Below are positions 18,169 to 28,377 of a stretch of DNA of 64,000 bases, piece by piece. Numbering within the stretch: position 1 is the stretch's first letter; the number at the start of each line of letters is the position of its first letter. The stretch covers positions 64,001 to 128,000 of the forward strand of contig CAVVUN010000012.1 in the NCBI GenBank assembly GCA_963751455.1, in the 5' to 3' direction. A model generated the notes under the pieces. It had not been told where the DNA came from. It made no database searches and saw only the letters and a list, made by a program, of their open reading frames with translations. This DNA comes from Nitrospirota bacterium (GTDB taxonomy: Bacteria; Nitrospirota; UBA9217). Position numbers and translations under genes: made by a program.

Positions 18169-19488
18169 ATGAGAACAGCTTTCTTTTCCGTGTTCAGTAG
18201 AATCATCGTCTCTTTGGTTTTGGCAGTACTGGCATCCGGCTTGATTTCCTTCGACAATTCCGCTGTCATCGCAGCAGAGAAGCACGCGAGTTCCGAGTTC
18301 AAGGACCCTTACAACGGCGGCGGCATAAAGCTTCCGAACGGAGGCGGAGAACCAGGCAGTGCATATACGGCATTTATCAGAGCCTTGTACAGTAAGGATC
18401 ATATGCGAATCTGTAAATTGCTTGCCGAGCCCGCTGATGTGCCGAAATGTCTTGAGCAAAAAGAAGCCCTGAACGGCACCATAGGGATGTTCACCCAGCC
18501 GATAAGCCACAAAGTTCGCGGCGGGTTCATGAAAGGCGATGAGGCAACGCTCAATGTCGCATACAAGCACAAGGGGGTGCCTGAAAATACCGGGTTTGTT
18601 GTAATGAAAAAGACCAAAAACAGATGGTTCTTTTCGTCTACCGGAGGCTCGGGGTCCGCGAACATCAGCGCAGAGGCAAGCGGGACTACGGACCTGGCCA
18701 GTGGCTCAACAGCGGCGAGTGCCGGTGCCGGGCAATCGCCGGAAGCGAAATATACAGGTCCCGCGCTGGGCAAATGGACGTTCGAAGGAAAGGACGATAA
18801 GAAAGTTCTCTGGTCAGGAACTCTTATGGTCAGAGAAGATCATGAGTGTGTACTGGATATAGCTACTGAAGAGGGGGCGGGAAGAGGGGTCGGAGCCCCA
18901 TGTAAGTGGAATCCGGCTAAACGGGAAATCTCGTTTGGCGGTCCCCAAGGCTTCACTGGAATTCTGTCAACTGACGGCAAAAGGATAACGCAGGGCAAGT
19001 GGATTGAGGGGGACGAGGACTATTATACCAAAAAAGTAACTATACTGGGAACCGGGACCTGGTCGGCTGTCCTTACAGGCAATGTCAGTGCAGCGGCAAG
19101 CGGACAGGCTGATACCGGATCTGCGTCCGCTGCCGAATCCACTGGGGCTGCCACTACCGGGGGGGATCCCGAGTTTGCCGTCATTCAGATATCACCAAAC
19201 ATAGAGGAATACACCGGCAAGTGTCCGGTCAGTATCACCTATACTGCAGACATCACATTCAAGACGCCCCTTCCCGATAAATTTTCCTACCGCTGGGAGC
19301 GCAGCGATGGAAAAAAGACCAAGGATCGAGTCGTAAAGCCGTCGCGCAACGGTCAGATGTCCATCAGGGAAGTCTGGAGAGGCGGGAAGTCGGGAGAGAG
19401 GCACGATATCTCGATGAGGTTCTTTGCCGAGTCGGGCGGCGCGCAGATGGTACTGGATCCGCCGAGCGCCAAGGTGATATGTAAATAA
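18169..19488 (+). CDS. Secreted multidomain hypothetical protein with Ala/Ser/Gly linkers
   Basis: RBS AAGGAG, signal peptide; repeated linker NISAEASG/NVSAAASG; beta-rich C-terminal module. Confidence 0.8.
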   Translation: MRTAFFSVFSRIIVSLVLAVLASGLISFDNSAVIAAEKHASSEFKDPYNGGGIKLPNGGGEPGSAYTAFIRALYSKDHMRICKLLAEPADVPKCLEQKEALNGTIGMFTQPISHKVRGGFMKGDEATLNVAYKHKGVPENTGFVVMKKTKNRWFFSSTGGSGSANISAEASGTTDLASGSTAASAGAGQSPEAKYTGPALGKWTFEGKDDKKVLWSGTLMVREDHECVLDIATEEGAGRGVGAPCKWNPAKREISFGGPQGFTGILSTDGKRITQGKWIEGDEDYYTKKVTILGTGTWSAVLTGNVSAAASGQADTGSASAAESTGAATTGGDPEFAVIQISPNIEEYTGKCPVSITYTADITFKTPLPDKFSYRWERSDGKKTKDRVVKPSRNGQMSIREVWRGGKSGERHDISMRFFAESGGAQMVLDPPSAKVICK

Positions 19489-19543
19489 AGGTTGACCGCA
19501 GCAGAGAGTGTGTGCGGGTTTAGCTTATTACAGGGAGGCAATA

Positions 19544-20377
19544 ATGATGAAAAAAAGTGTGCTCATGTTTCTGGGTCTGTTCCTTATCATGTCCAGTATC
19601 GGTCTTTTTAGTGCGGCGGCCGAAGAGGATAGAAAAGGGAGCAAGGACCATCCCCTGCTGTCGAGGATGCCGAACTTCTATATATACCTGTACAGCGAGA
19701 GCGATTACGAGAGTCACAAATTTAATAAGGACAACAAGTGGATCCCGGTCGAAGGCCGCTTTTGTTCTATAAAGTACGTTCTTAACAAGAAGGCAGCACA
19801 GCCAGGAGCGCTTAAGATCATGAGGAACATCCAGAACGCTCTTACCAAAGTCGGAGGCAAGGTTCTTTACGAGGACAGCCACACTTCGACGATTTTGCTC
19901 CAGAAGGACGGCAGGGAAACATGGGTCGAGGTAAAACCGTGGCAGACTGGATACGAACTTTTTATCATCGAAAAAGAAGTGATGAAGCAGGAAGTAGTTG
20001 CTGATGCTGCAGCGATGGGCAATGACATCAACGCGACCGGCCACGTTTCGGTATACGGCATATACTTCGACACCGGGAAATCGGAGGTCAAGCCCGAATC
20101 CGACGCCGCGATCTCGGAGATTGCAAAGCTCCTTAAGAACGATGGAGCGCTGAAGCTCTACGTGGTAGGCCATACCGACAACGTGGGAACCTTCGAGTCC
20201 AACATGAAATTATCGGTAGACCGTGCAGACGCAGTGGCAAAGGCCTTGTCGGGAAAATACGCAATAGCCGCTGCACGCTTGTTGCCCCAGGGCGTTGCCT
20301 CCCTTTCACCCGTCACCTCGAACGACACGGAAGAAGGAAAGGCAAAGAACCGGCGGGTGGAATTGGTCAAACAGTGA
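19544..20377 (+). CDS. OmpA-family peptidoglycan-binding protein
   Basis: GSKDHPLLSRMP N-terminus; IYFDTGKS, VVGHTDNVG, LSVDRA, NRRVELV. Confidence 0.92.
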   Translation: MMKKSVLMFLGLFLIMSSIGLFSAAAEEDRKGSKDHPLLSRMPNFYIYLYSESDYESHKFNKDNKWIPVEGRFCSIKYVLNKKAAQPGALKIMRNIQNALTKVGGKVLYEDSHTSTILLQKDGRETWVEVKPWQTGYELFIIEKEVMKQEVVADAAAMGNDINATGHVSVYGIYFDTGKSEVKPESDAAISEIAKLLKNDGALKLYVVGHTDNVGTFESNMKLSVDRADAVAKALSGKYAIAAARLLPQGVASLSPVTSNDTEEGKAKNRRVELVKQ

Positions 20378-20427
20378 TGAAGGCGGTACTTAATTAAGAG
20401 AATATCATTCAATTAAATTGACGGAAT

Positions 20428-20484
20428 TACTAACCTGGGGCTCGAGAGCGGCGCGAAAAGCCGCGCCTCATCCCCGCGTTAAAG
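20428..20484 (+). mobile_element. Isolated attC site
   Basis: TACTAAC-ct-GGGG...GAG...GGCGCG/CGCGCC-TC...CCCC-gc-GTTAAAG, 57 bp. Confidence 0.75.
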
Positions 20485-20839
20485 GTGCTTATAGCGGTAA
20501 TCCCCGTCCTATATTATTTGTTCTTCTAACTCATTTCTCAGGTTGTCAGGCAGAATCGAGCCAAGATCTGGAGAATTATTCGGACTCGTTCGTCAAAGGA
20601 AATCTTATGGACGGCTCGATTGCTTTTTCGGTGTCCTTGATGATAATTTGATGCTGCTACTCGCAGGTGTTCCTTCCAGTCGCCTGTTTTTCATTTGTAA
20701 TGCGTAATTGCAACAACTTATCCTTGACATTTCTCCCGCCTATATGCAACTATTACAGCGGATATTAGCAGAGAAGAATTCGGTGGCGTAAGCACCAAGA
20801 AGTACAATTTCCAGTTCGCTATCCGAGGACGATGGAATA

Positions 20840-21871
20840 ATGTTCTCCCTTAAGTCATGTTCAGAACTTATCAGTAAGAAGGTTAGTCACTATTCTGCCA
20901 CGTCGCAAACCGGTTTCGACGCCAGGACAACATTCGGGCTGATGGTCATAGGCTCTCTTGTCCTGTGGCCCTTTGCGCTTTACCACATTATTGCCGGCAA
21001 CTTCTTCATGATGACGATAGTCGGCGGACTTGCTCTTCTTGCCACTGCCAATGCCATCCAAATCCAGCGCAAGGAAGTTGCTCCACCGTTACTGATGCTG
21101 ATCACATCTGTGCTTAGCTCCATTACTGCATTGTTAGCTGCCTTTCATCTGAAGCTTGCCGGAATTTTCTGGGTCTATCCGGCTCTTATCTTCAATTACT
21201 CACTGGTGGGTACGCGGGTAGCCGTCTGGGTCAATATAACCCTTTGCGTGTCGGTATTGTATTATGTCGGCATTTGGGCAGACTGGCCGCAATGGCAGCG
21301 CATAGCAGTTACCATGGCTGCCACAGCCTCTTTTGGCCATATTTTTTCATCGAATATTGACCGCCAGAAACAAGCCCTGTTGGCAATGGCAACTATCGAC
21401 CCTCTCACAGGGGTCCGTAACCGGCACGAACTGCAGTTGGAACTACTGAAGGCCTGCGGTCAACAAACTCGCTCAGGCACCCCCGTCACGCTGCTGGTCC
21501 TCGATATCGATTTTTTCAAAAAAATTAATGACACACATGGCCACATCAAAGGCGACGAAGTACTGATTGAAATTGCCAAACTGATGGGTAAACGCCTGCG
21601 CACCACAGACAGTCTTTACCGATACGGAGGAGAAGAGTTTCTTGTGCTGGCCGGCGGAACGAGTGTTGACGGGGGACGGATTCTTGCCGAGAATCTGCGT
21701 GACGCCATACAGAATGCCAGGCCGGGCGGACTGCTCGGAATCAGCATTTCGCTGGGCGTGGCACAATACGCTCCCCCGGAATCAATCAGCGAATGGCTCC
21801 AGCGTGCTGACGAAGCCCTTTATCGAGCGAAAGCGAACGGCCGAAACCGGGTCGAATTTGCTGACCAGTAA
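20840..21871 (+). CDS. Membrane-anchored diguanylate cyclase
   Basis: DPLTG, DIDFFKKIND, RYGGEEF, ADEALY.AK..GRNR. Confidence 0.95.
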   Translation: MFSLKSCSELISKKVSHYSATSQTGFDARTTFGLMVIGSLVLWPFALYHIIAGNFFMMTIVGGLALLATANAIQIQRKEVAPPLLMLITSVLSSITALLAAFHLKLAGIFWVYPALIFNYSLVGTRVAVWVNITLCVSVLYYVGIWADWPQWQRIAVTMAATASFGHIFSSNIDRQKQALLAMATIDPLTGVRNRHELQLELLKACGQQTRSGTPVTLLVLDIDFFKKINDTHGHIKGDEVLIEIAKLMGKRLRTTDSLYRYGGEEFLVLAGGTSVDGGRILAENLRDAIQNARPGGLLGISISLGVAQYAPPESISEWLQRADEALYRAKANGRNRVEFADQ

Positions 21872-21979
21872 TTCAGTTGAACTACTGGTATACGGGAAGT
21901 CGGTCATCTTTTTCGGGGTCATAGCCACGGCCGCTGCAACCAGAGGCATTAACAAAGGACATCACCACCCTACGACAGT

Positions 21980-24106
21980 CTATCGTGCTGTTGATGATGA
22001 AACTAAAAAGTCGTCTTCAATCTGAATCACCGCATCAACATCCTCTGCCGCTCCATCTGACGCAATGTTCCATGTGATCCAGACCGCAAGATGGATGAAA
22101 AGAGCCGGTATGAGGATCAGTTCCAGGCGGGCCAGTGCTCCTGTCCAGAGCCCTCCGCTGTCTCCCTGTGACAATATTTGCCTGATCGGGGCAACAAGCA
22201 CGCCGAAAAAGAATTTTAGAAAATACCCGATCCATGCTCCTGCAACAGCAGCGGGTATGATGAGCGCGGGCATTCCCTTCCTGCGAAAATAAAGATAGAT
22301 GAAAGAACTCAGCATGACGCCCTGAATCAACGGGCCATAAAGCATCCAGCCCGGCCTGTTGCCCGCAAGCACTACTGTGAACAGCCAGCTGTAAACGCCC
22401 GCCAGAAAACCAGCGGCTATTCCGGTCGCGATTTCCGACCTTTGCGCGTGCGCCTGCCAGGCGAATGTGCCAAAGAGAGCGGCAGCTGCGCCTCCCCAGC
22501 CGAAAATTATTGAAGCCGGAAGCGCGGCCTCAAAAAGGGAAGATGCGCGTTTGGTAGAGGAGATCAGGACATAAAATAACTGTTGGATCGCCGGAGGAGC
22601 TTCAGGATAGCCATATACGATAAATTCTCTCGCGAGTTGCGCGACGATTGCGGAACAGAGCGTGATCAGCAGAGCAAAGGCAGCCTGGCGCCGGCGCTTT
22701 GCATTCGCCGGGTCTTCGTTATCAGCCTTGCCGGTCAAACGCATACCGTCAAGAATAATGGAAATCCAGACGGAATAAGCCATGAGCCCTGTTGTGATCA
22801 GCATTTGCAGCGAGAGCGGCGCGCCGGCCTGGGACCGGTACCCGAGCCAGGAGTAAATGAAAAACGAGGCAAATAACAGCAACATGAGCTGCAGAATGAT
22901 TGCCCGCAACGGTCTTCCCATAGCAGCCTGGCCCAGACCCGGGACCAGAAGAAGCGCCTTCCTTCGGGTGCTGCGGGAAGGCCCCAGAACGTTCTGAAGA
23001 GCAAAGAGCCGGCTGTTTGCTGTAAAGAGCAGCCAGCCAAAAACCGCGACCATGCCTGCAAGCGCTCCTATCCTGATCCATTCATACGTTTTTCTTTGGA
23101 ACTGGCTAGCCGCGTAGAGCCTCTGTAAACCCGGATCTCCAAATGTACCCAGAAAACGTCCGCTGTTCGCATATCGTAAGACCGTCAGAGAGGCTCGGTC
23201 AGCCACAAGAACATCATCTCTGCGGGCTAAAATATCCCAAGGGTCGCTTGCTCCTGAATACCTGAAATTTCTCTGAAGACCTGTGTTAAATTCAAATGAC
23301 AGCACTTTGCCGCCAATTAAGCCCGGGCCGCGAACAACAGCATACATTGCATCGCTGACCAGGTCAACTTTCACAGGATTGATATTGTTTGATGGTTCCT
23401 GAGGGAAAACAGGAACAATTTTATCGAGTGTCCCGTCGGGATAGAAAAGAACAATACGCGAATTACCAATATCCGCAGCAATCAGCCTGTCACCTGCAAA
23501 GGTCAATCCCTGCGGGTTTTGAAGCGGCGTTTTCGGTGAATAGACCCTTTCCAGGTCAGGAACCTGGTCGCCCATGAGCGAAGACGCTGGAGCGCCGGAG
23601 GGAACGGTAATCGTCTTCATCTCTTTCTCATCCGGCCCAAATATCTGTATACGATGCTGAGACGTATCCGCGAAATAAAGAATTCCCGTGGAGGGGTCCT
23701 TCGTCAGGTTGCAGGAATGATTTTCACCGGTTGACGGCACGCGCAAATGGTTAGTAAGCAGCTTCCCCTCCGGGGAATAATACTGCAGCAGCTGAGAATC
23801 GCGCAGGGCGAACAGCAATCGTCCGTCTTCTTCAACGAAAAAGTCGGCGACATCCGGTACAGACGCCTCCGTGTCGAGCTCGAGCACAAAAAGCAGTTCG
23901 CCCTCGGAAGAAATTTTTGCAATATTCCGATCAACCTGAACATAGATGGTATCGTTCGGCCCTCTGACCAGGCGCGACGGTCCTTCAACCTCCGCTGATT
24001 TTCTGTCAGCCCACAATGACAACAGGAAAAGCCCGACCAAAATAAGCAGGACAACGGACGCGTTACGAAAAAATAATGTATTGTGCGATTTATTTTTTGA
24101 AATCAT
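21980..24106 (-). CDS. NHL/beta-propeller repeat membrane protein
   Basis: YFADTSQHRIQIF, NPQGL...ADIGNSRI; multi-TM C-terminal half. Confidence 0.8.
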   Translation of the reverse strand: MISKNKSHNTLFFRNASVVLLILVGLFLLSLWADRKSAEVEGPSRLVRGPNDTIYVQVDRNIAKISSEGELLFVLELDTEASVPDVADFFVEEDGRLLFALRDSQLLQYYSPEGKLLTNHLRVPSTGENHSCNLTKDPSTGILYFADTSQHRIQIFGPDEKEMKTITVPSGAPASSLMGDQVPDLERVYSPKTPLQNPQGLTFAGDRLIAADIGNSRIVLFYPDGTLDKIVPVFPQEPSNNINPVKVDLVSDAMYAVVRGPGLIGGKVLSFEFNTGLQRNFRYSGASDPWDILARRDDVLVADRASLTVLRYANSGRFLGTFGDPGLQRLYAASQFQRKTYEWIRIGALAGMVAVFGWLLFTANSRLFALQNVLGPSRSTRRKALLLVPGLGQAAMGRPLRAIILQLMLLLFASFFIYSWLGYRSQAGAPLSLQMLITTGLMAYSVWISIILDGMRLTGKADNEDPANAKRRRQAAFALLITLCSAIVAQLAREFIVYGYPEAPPAIQQLFYVLISSTKRASSLFEAALPASIIFGWGGAAAALFGTFAWQAHAQRSEIATGIAAGFLAGVYSWLFTVVLAGNRPGWMLYGPLIQGVMLSSFIYLYFRRKGMPALIIPAAVAGAWIGYFLKFFFGVLVAPIRQILSQGDSGGLWTGALARLELILIPALFIHLAVWITWNIASDGAAEDVDAVIQIEDDFLVSSSTAR

Positions 24107-24145
24107 GCAGACTCCTGTCTGTTTTTTGCTGTGGCTTAGCACTGA

Positions 24146-25336
24146 TTATGTACTCATCACAGCAAGCGCAACCATCGCCGCTGCAACAGCAGCTTCGAGA
24201 ACGATCCAGGGCCAGGCTTTTTTGAATATAAGCTGCGGCCGGAGAATGCCCGCATCGGTCCGGACCGTAATCAGCGGCCGGTATTCTTTTCCGAACTTGA
24301 GTTTCCTCGTCTCCACGCGGAAGAGCAGCCGTGCCGCGTCAGGGCCGAAAGAACCGCCTTTTGGTTCAATCCAGTGATCATTAGAGGAAAGAGTGCCTGT
24401 TGTTCCGCTGCAGCCCAGGGCCATTACCGGTACGCTTACGAGCGAGGTTTTTTTCCACCACGGCAGCTTGATCACCTTTCCCGTTTGAGCAACGATAAAC
24501 TTCTTGGCTCCCTTTCCCTTCACGGCTGAATCAAGCATCACTTTCTGGATGGCCTGTTTCATCTCAAGTGCTCCCTGAAACCGCTTGTCCATATCAGGAG
24601 CAAGGGCTTTGCGGATGATACCGGCAGTCTCCCGACTGACATGCGGGCTCAGGGTACAGGGATCAGGAAACTGAAGGGGATTCTCGGATGGGTTTCTTCC
24701 GGTGACACAGTGATGAAGCGTCGCACCAAGAGAAAAGATATCGGAGCGGACGTCCGTTTGGCTGGACCCGTACTGCTCCGGGGCGGCATACCCCGGGGTC
24801 CCGTACACGTAGGTGTCTTCCCGCTTGTCTTCTTTAAAGAACCGGGCAATCCCGAAATCGATCAGCTTGACCTTGCCATCGCGGGTAATCATGATATTCG
24901 AGGGCTTCAGGTCCCGGAACACGATGGGCCGCGGCTTCTGCACGCTCAGGAAGTGCACGGCCCTGCAGATCTGGAGCGCCCAGGACAGGGCAAGCTGCTC
25001 GTCAACGGGCCTTCCGTTCCTTGCGTCCAGAAGCTCTTCCAGGGTCTTGCCCCGGATGTATTCCATGATGATATAGTGCCGGTCTTTGATGCTGAAGTAA
25101 TCATACACCTTCGGGAGGTTCTGGTGTGTGAGACGCATCAGGATCCTTGCTTCGGTCCGGAATTGTTCGAGCGCTTCCAGCAGCTTCTCACCGGAAAGTT
25201 TTCCGGCCTTGAGTTCCTTTGCCGCAAAGGTCTTTCGGCCTCTCTGCCTGCGGTCCACGACTTTGTATACGCAGCCCATGCCGCCTTTGCCGAGGATGCC
25301 CAGGATTTCATATCTATTTTTGAGAATGCGGGTCAT
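24146..25336 (-). CDS. Ser/Thr protein kinase with C-terminal TM
   Basis: GKGGMGCVY, FRDLKPSN, DFGIAR, GTPGYAAPE. Confidence 0.95.
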   Translation of the reverse strand: MTRILKNRYEILGILGKGGMGCVYKVVDRRQRGRKTFAAKELKAGKLSGEKLLEALEQFRTEARILMRLTHQNLPKVYDYFSIKDRHYIIMEYIRGKTLEELLDARNGRPVDEQLALSWALQICRAVHFLSVQKPRPIVFRDLKPSNIMITRDGKVKLIDFGIARFFKEDKREDTYVYGTPGYAAPEQYGSSQTDVRSDIFSLGATLHHCVTGRNPSENPLQFPDPCTLSPHVSRETAGIIRKALAPDMDKRFQGALEMKQAIQKVMLDSAVKGKGAKKFIVAQTGKVIKLPWWKKTSLVSVPVMALGCSGTTGTLSSNDHWIEPKGGSFGPDAARLLFRVETRKLKFGKEYRPLITVRTDAGILRPQLIFKKAWPWIVLEAAVAAAMVALAVMST

Positions 25337-25348
25337 AATAACCTTTTA

Positions 25349-25428
25349 CGCATAGCGCATAGCGCATGGCGCATAGGGCAGGCGTATGGTGTATCTGCGC
25401 TCCGCGCTCTGCGCCATGCGCCATGCGA
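25349..25428. repeat. Inverted heptamer-repeat palindrome (GCGCATA/G units)
   Basis: CGCATAGCGCATAGCGCATGGCGCATAG...TGCGCCATGCGCCATGCG; related elements at 29652-29723 and 27709-27800. Confidence 0.7.
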
Positions 25429-25435
25429 TGTATCT

Positions 25436-27682
25436 TCAGGCTGCCTTCACCCCGCACGTCGGGCAGAATTTCGCATTCGCCCTGACCGGGCTCCCGCACC
25501 CTGCGCAACTTTGCGCGCTGCCTGCACTGAATACGATCGTTGAGTGTCCCATCTCTATGACGTCTCCGTCCTGGAGCGCCTGCCTGCCCGTGACTTTCTT
25601 CTTGTTCACGTACGTGCCCGCGGTTGAGCTTTTGTCCTCGATCACGTAATTCCCGTCTTCAAGGAGCACCTCTGCATGCTGCTGCTCAATGCCTTCATCC
25701 TTGAACAAACCGATTGTGTTCCGCTCGTCCCTGCCGAGCGTCACAGTAGAGTTTATATCAAGCTCTTTCTTCGTTCCCCTGCCGCGTACCAGGCTCAGGT
25801 GACCGGCGGCAAAACGGCTTTCCACGCGCCTGTACGATACAGCGGCAAGCGCCGCCATGCTCAGGAACGGCGCCAGGAAGGCCCACAAAGGCACTGCGGC
25901 GCCTGACCCGAAAAGAGACGACTGCGGCTGGAAGTACATGCGTTCGGCTGAAGGCCCCTCCTTCAGGCTGAGCGACACTTTCCGAAGATATTCACCGCGC
26001 TTTTGCGTATCATAGGTGATCACATACTCGTTCCTTATCCTTTGACTGATGGTTTCATAGATTGCTGCGAGGCCTTCTGCCGAAGGCGTAAAGAAATAAG
26101 TGCCTCCGGTCTCCTGGGCGATCCGTTCGAGCCGCGCGGTCCTCACGTCCTCGCCGAGCCCGATCACATATACCGATACGTTCGCCTTGGTGGAGAAGTC
26201 GATCGCCTGGTCGATGCTCAGGCTGCCGCGGTTAGCTTTGCCGTCGGTCAGAACGATTACTGCCCTCCGGCCTGTAGCTTCTTTAATTGAATCCACGCCG
26301 TTCGCAATTGCATCGAAGAGGGCAGTATGTCCTTCAGGTTGGACCCGTTGCAGGGCCTTCTTCAGGCTCTCCGGCACGTCGCCGAGGGCCGCCAGTTGCG
26401 TAACCTCGTCATTGAAGACGAGCAGCGACGCCTTGTCTTCCTGTTCCATAAGGGAAATGAAGCGGAGCACGGATTCTTTCGCCTGCTTCATTTTGTTCCC
26501 CTGCATCGACTCGCTCCTGTCCAGAACGAGAGAGACTGAGAGGGCTTCCCGTTTTCCCTGCGTTCCTGCCATCCTCATTTCTTTTATTTCGACTGGCGTA
26601 TCATTTTCCCTGAGCGATACATTTGCCGCGGCAAGACCGTGCACAGGCTTGTTGTTCTTGTCCAGAATGGAAACGAAGGTCTTTACCTCCGGAAATCCTG
26701 AAAGGTCGAACTGCGTTATCTGAGCCTGGAGTTTTTCCTGGGCGCTTATGCTGGTTATGCCCGTCAACAGGCACAGCATGATAAATGACGCCGCTGCCGC
26801 TGCCTTTCGCACGGCGCTGAACATCAGGAGGACGCTTCCGACACGTATGACGTCCCCGTCCGAAAGCCTGCTGCTTCTGGTCATTTTCTGGTTGACATAC
26901 ACGGCCTTGCCCTCCTGATCGGCTTCAATCATATAGTGTCCGTTATCTCGTTTGATCAAGGCATGCCGGATGCTTACCCCTTCCGCGCCCGAGAGACATA
27001 CATCGGAGCGGTCGTCCCTGCCTACCAGGTTCAGGTCCTTCAGGAGCGGAAATTCCCTGTTCAAATGTCTTCCCTTGATCACCTTCATCTTCGCTGATAC
27101 GAACGCCTCTTCAACAAGACTGATGAAGGCGCCGATGGACATTCCGAGAAGCAAAAGTCCGATCAGTACCGACCAGATGCTGGTTGCGGGAAGCGCGTTG
27201 AACATGAGGCCTCCGACGAATCCTCCGGCACAGCCGCCAAGCAGGCCGTACAGTGTCCTGTCGCGGGAACGGATCATAATGCCGCCGCTCATGCCGATGA
27301 CGGATCCAAGCACTGCCCAGCCGAGGCTGACTGACAGGGCCATGCCGAGCGATGCCTTCACCCCCCCGATATCAGCCGCATATTTCCCGAGTACTGAAAA
27401 GACGCTGTTGCCCAGACCGGCCCCTGCCAGGCCGCCGAGAAGACCGGCCATTGCGCCGTAGGCTGCCTGCTTTATCGCTTTTGTGAACTGCCTGCCGCTG
27501 AGCGCCTCGTGGCTCCAGATGAAGCCGCCGATGAATATGCCGGCAAGAGCGCCTAGCGCCATCTCCGTAAGCAGCCCGTTATCAATCTCTCCGGATACAT
27601 ACAGGATAAAGACCCAGGCAGCCGTACCGCCGAGGGCCCCTGCCAGGCCGTAGAGCAAGGTTTTATGTGAGAGTCTAGACAT
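25436..27682 (-). CDS. Membrane protein with Gly-rich TM region, FHA, vWA, FHA and zinc ribbon
   Basis: VGRDD..H (FHA), MIDAS DRSESM and LTDG, LGRDE...H...STAGTYVN (FHA), CxxC...CxxC; RBS GGAG. Confidence 0.9.
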   Translation of the reverse strand: MSRLSHKTLLYGLAGALGGTAAWVFILYVSGEIDNGLLTEMALGALAGIFIGGFIWSHEALSGRQFTKAIKQAAYGAMAGLLGGLAGAGLGNSVFSVLGKYAADIGGVKASLGMALSVSLGWAVLGSVIGMSGGIMIRSRDRTLYGLLGGCAGGFVGGLMFNALPATSIWSVLIGLLLLGMSIGAFISLVEEAFVSAKMKVIKGRHLNREFPLLKDLNLVGRDDRSDVCLSGAEGVSIRHALIKRDNGHYMIEADQEGKAVYVNQKMTRSSRLSDGDVIRVGSVLLMFSAVRKAAAAASFIMLCLLTGITSISAQEKLQAQITQFDLSGFPEVKTFVSILDKNNKPVHGLAAANVSLRENDTPVEIKEMRMAGTQGKREALSVSLVLDRSESMQGNKMKQAKESVLRFISLMEQEDKASLLVFNDEVTQLAALGDVPESLKKALQRVQPEGHTALFDAIANGVDSIKEATGRRAVIVLTDGKANRGSLSIDQAIDFSTKANVSVYVIGLGEDVRTARLERIAQETGGTYFFTPSAEGLAAIYETISQRIRNEYVITYDTQKRGEYLRKVSLSLKEGPSAERMYFQPQSSLFGSGAAVPLWAFLAPFLSMAALAAVSYRRVESRFAAGHLSLVRGRGTKKELDINSTVTLGRDERNTIGLFKDEGIEQQHAEVLLEDGNYVIEDKSSTAGTYVNKKKVTGRQALQDGDVIEMGHSTIVFSAGSAQSCAGCGSPVRANAKFCPTCGVKAA

Positions 27683-27813
27683 TTTTGTCTCCTTCGTTAA
27701 TCCGATAGACGATGGACGACTGCTCGCTATGCTCGCTGGGACGAGGGACGATTTTGCCTCGTTTGGCACTTTCCTCGTCCCTCGTCCTTCGTCCCTCGTT
27801 CCCATCTATTTTC

Positions 27814-28257
27814 CTACGCTGCCTGGAACCAGAAAGCCAGCTTGCCGAACCGTAGCTCATCGCCCGGCTTGATCGCCTGGGGCGCATGGGGCTTGATCTT
27901 TTTCTTGTTTACATACGTTCCATTCGTGGATCCCATGTCCTCAATGGTGCAGGCCATACCTGCACGGTGAATGACCGCATGCTTTCTGGAGACTCCGCCG
28001 TCTTCCCCGCCGAACTCCGTCAGGTCCAGGTCCGGGAATACCTCGCTGATCGGATCTTCCCTGCCGATCACCACTTCGGTCTTGGCGGGGAGCTCAAGCT
28101 TGCTTCCGTCAACTGATGTGAGTACGAGGCCTGCGCTTTCGCTGTCCACTGCGCCTGCACTGCCTTCCGTTTCAGCCATTGCTTCCAGTTTGCCTCCACA
28201 CTCCTCGCAAAAAATCGCTCCCTCTATGTTTTCCATATTGCATTCTGTGCATTTCAT
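27814..28257 (-). CDS. Zinc ribbon-FHA protein
   Basis: CTEC...CEEC; IGRED, VSRKHA, DMGSTNGT. Confidence 0.93.
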   Translation of the reverse strand: MKCTECNMENIEGAIFCEECGGKLEAMAETEGSAGAVDSESAGLVLTSVDGSKLELPAKTEVVIGREDPISEVFPDLDLTEFGGEDGGVSRKHAVIHRAGMACTIEDMGSTNGTYVNKKKIKPHAPQAIKPGDELRFGKLAFWFQAA

Positions 28258-28377
28258 GACAATCTCCTTTCTTTTTGTGGACCAAGGCAACCGTGCCCGC
28301 ACCCAGCGTTTACGAGTGGCATCGCGTGTGCAGGGTGTTGCCGTGATTTACGCCGACACGGTCGGCTCGCTCCATAT

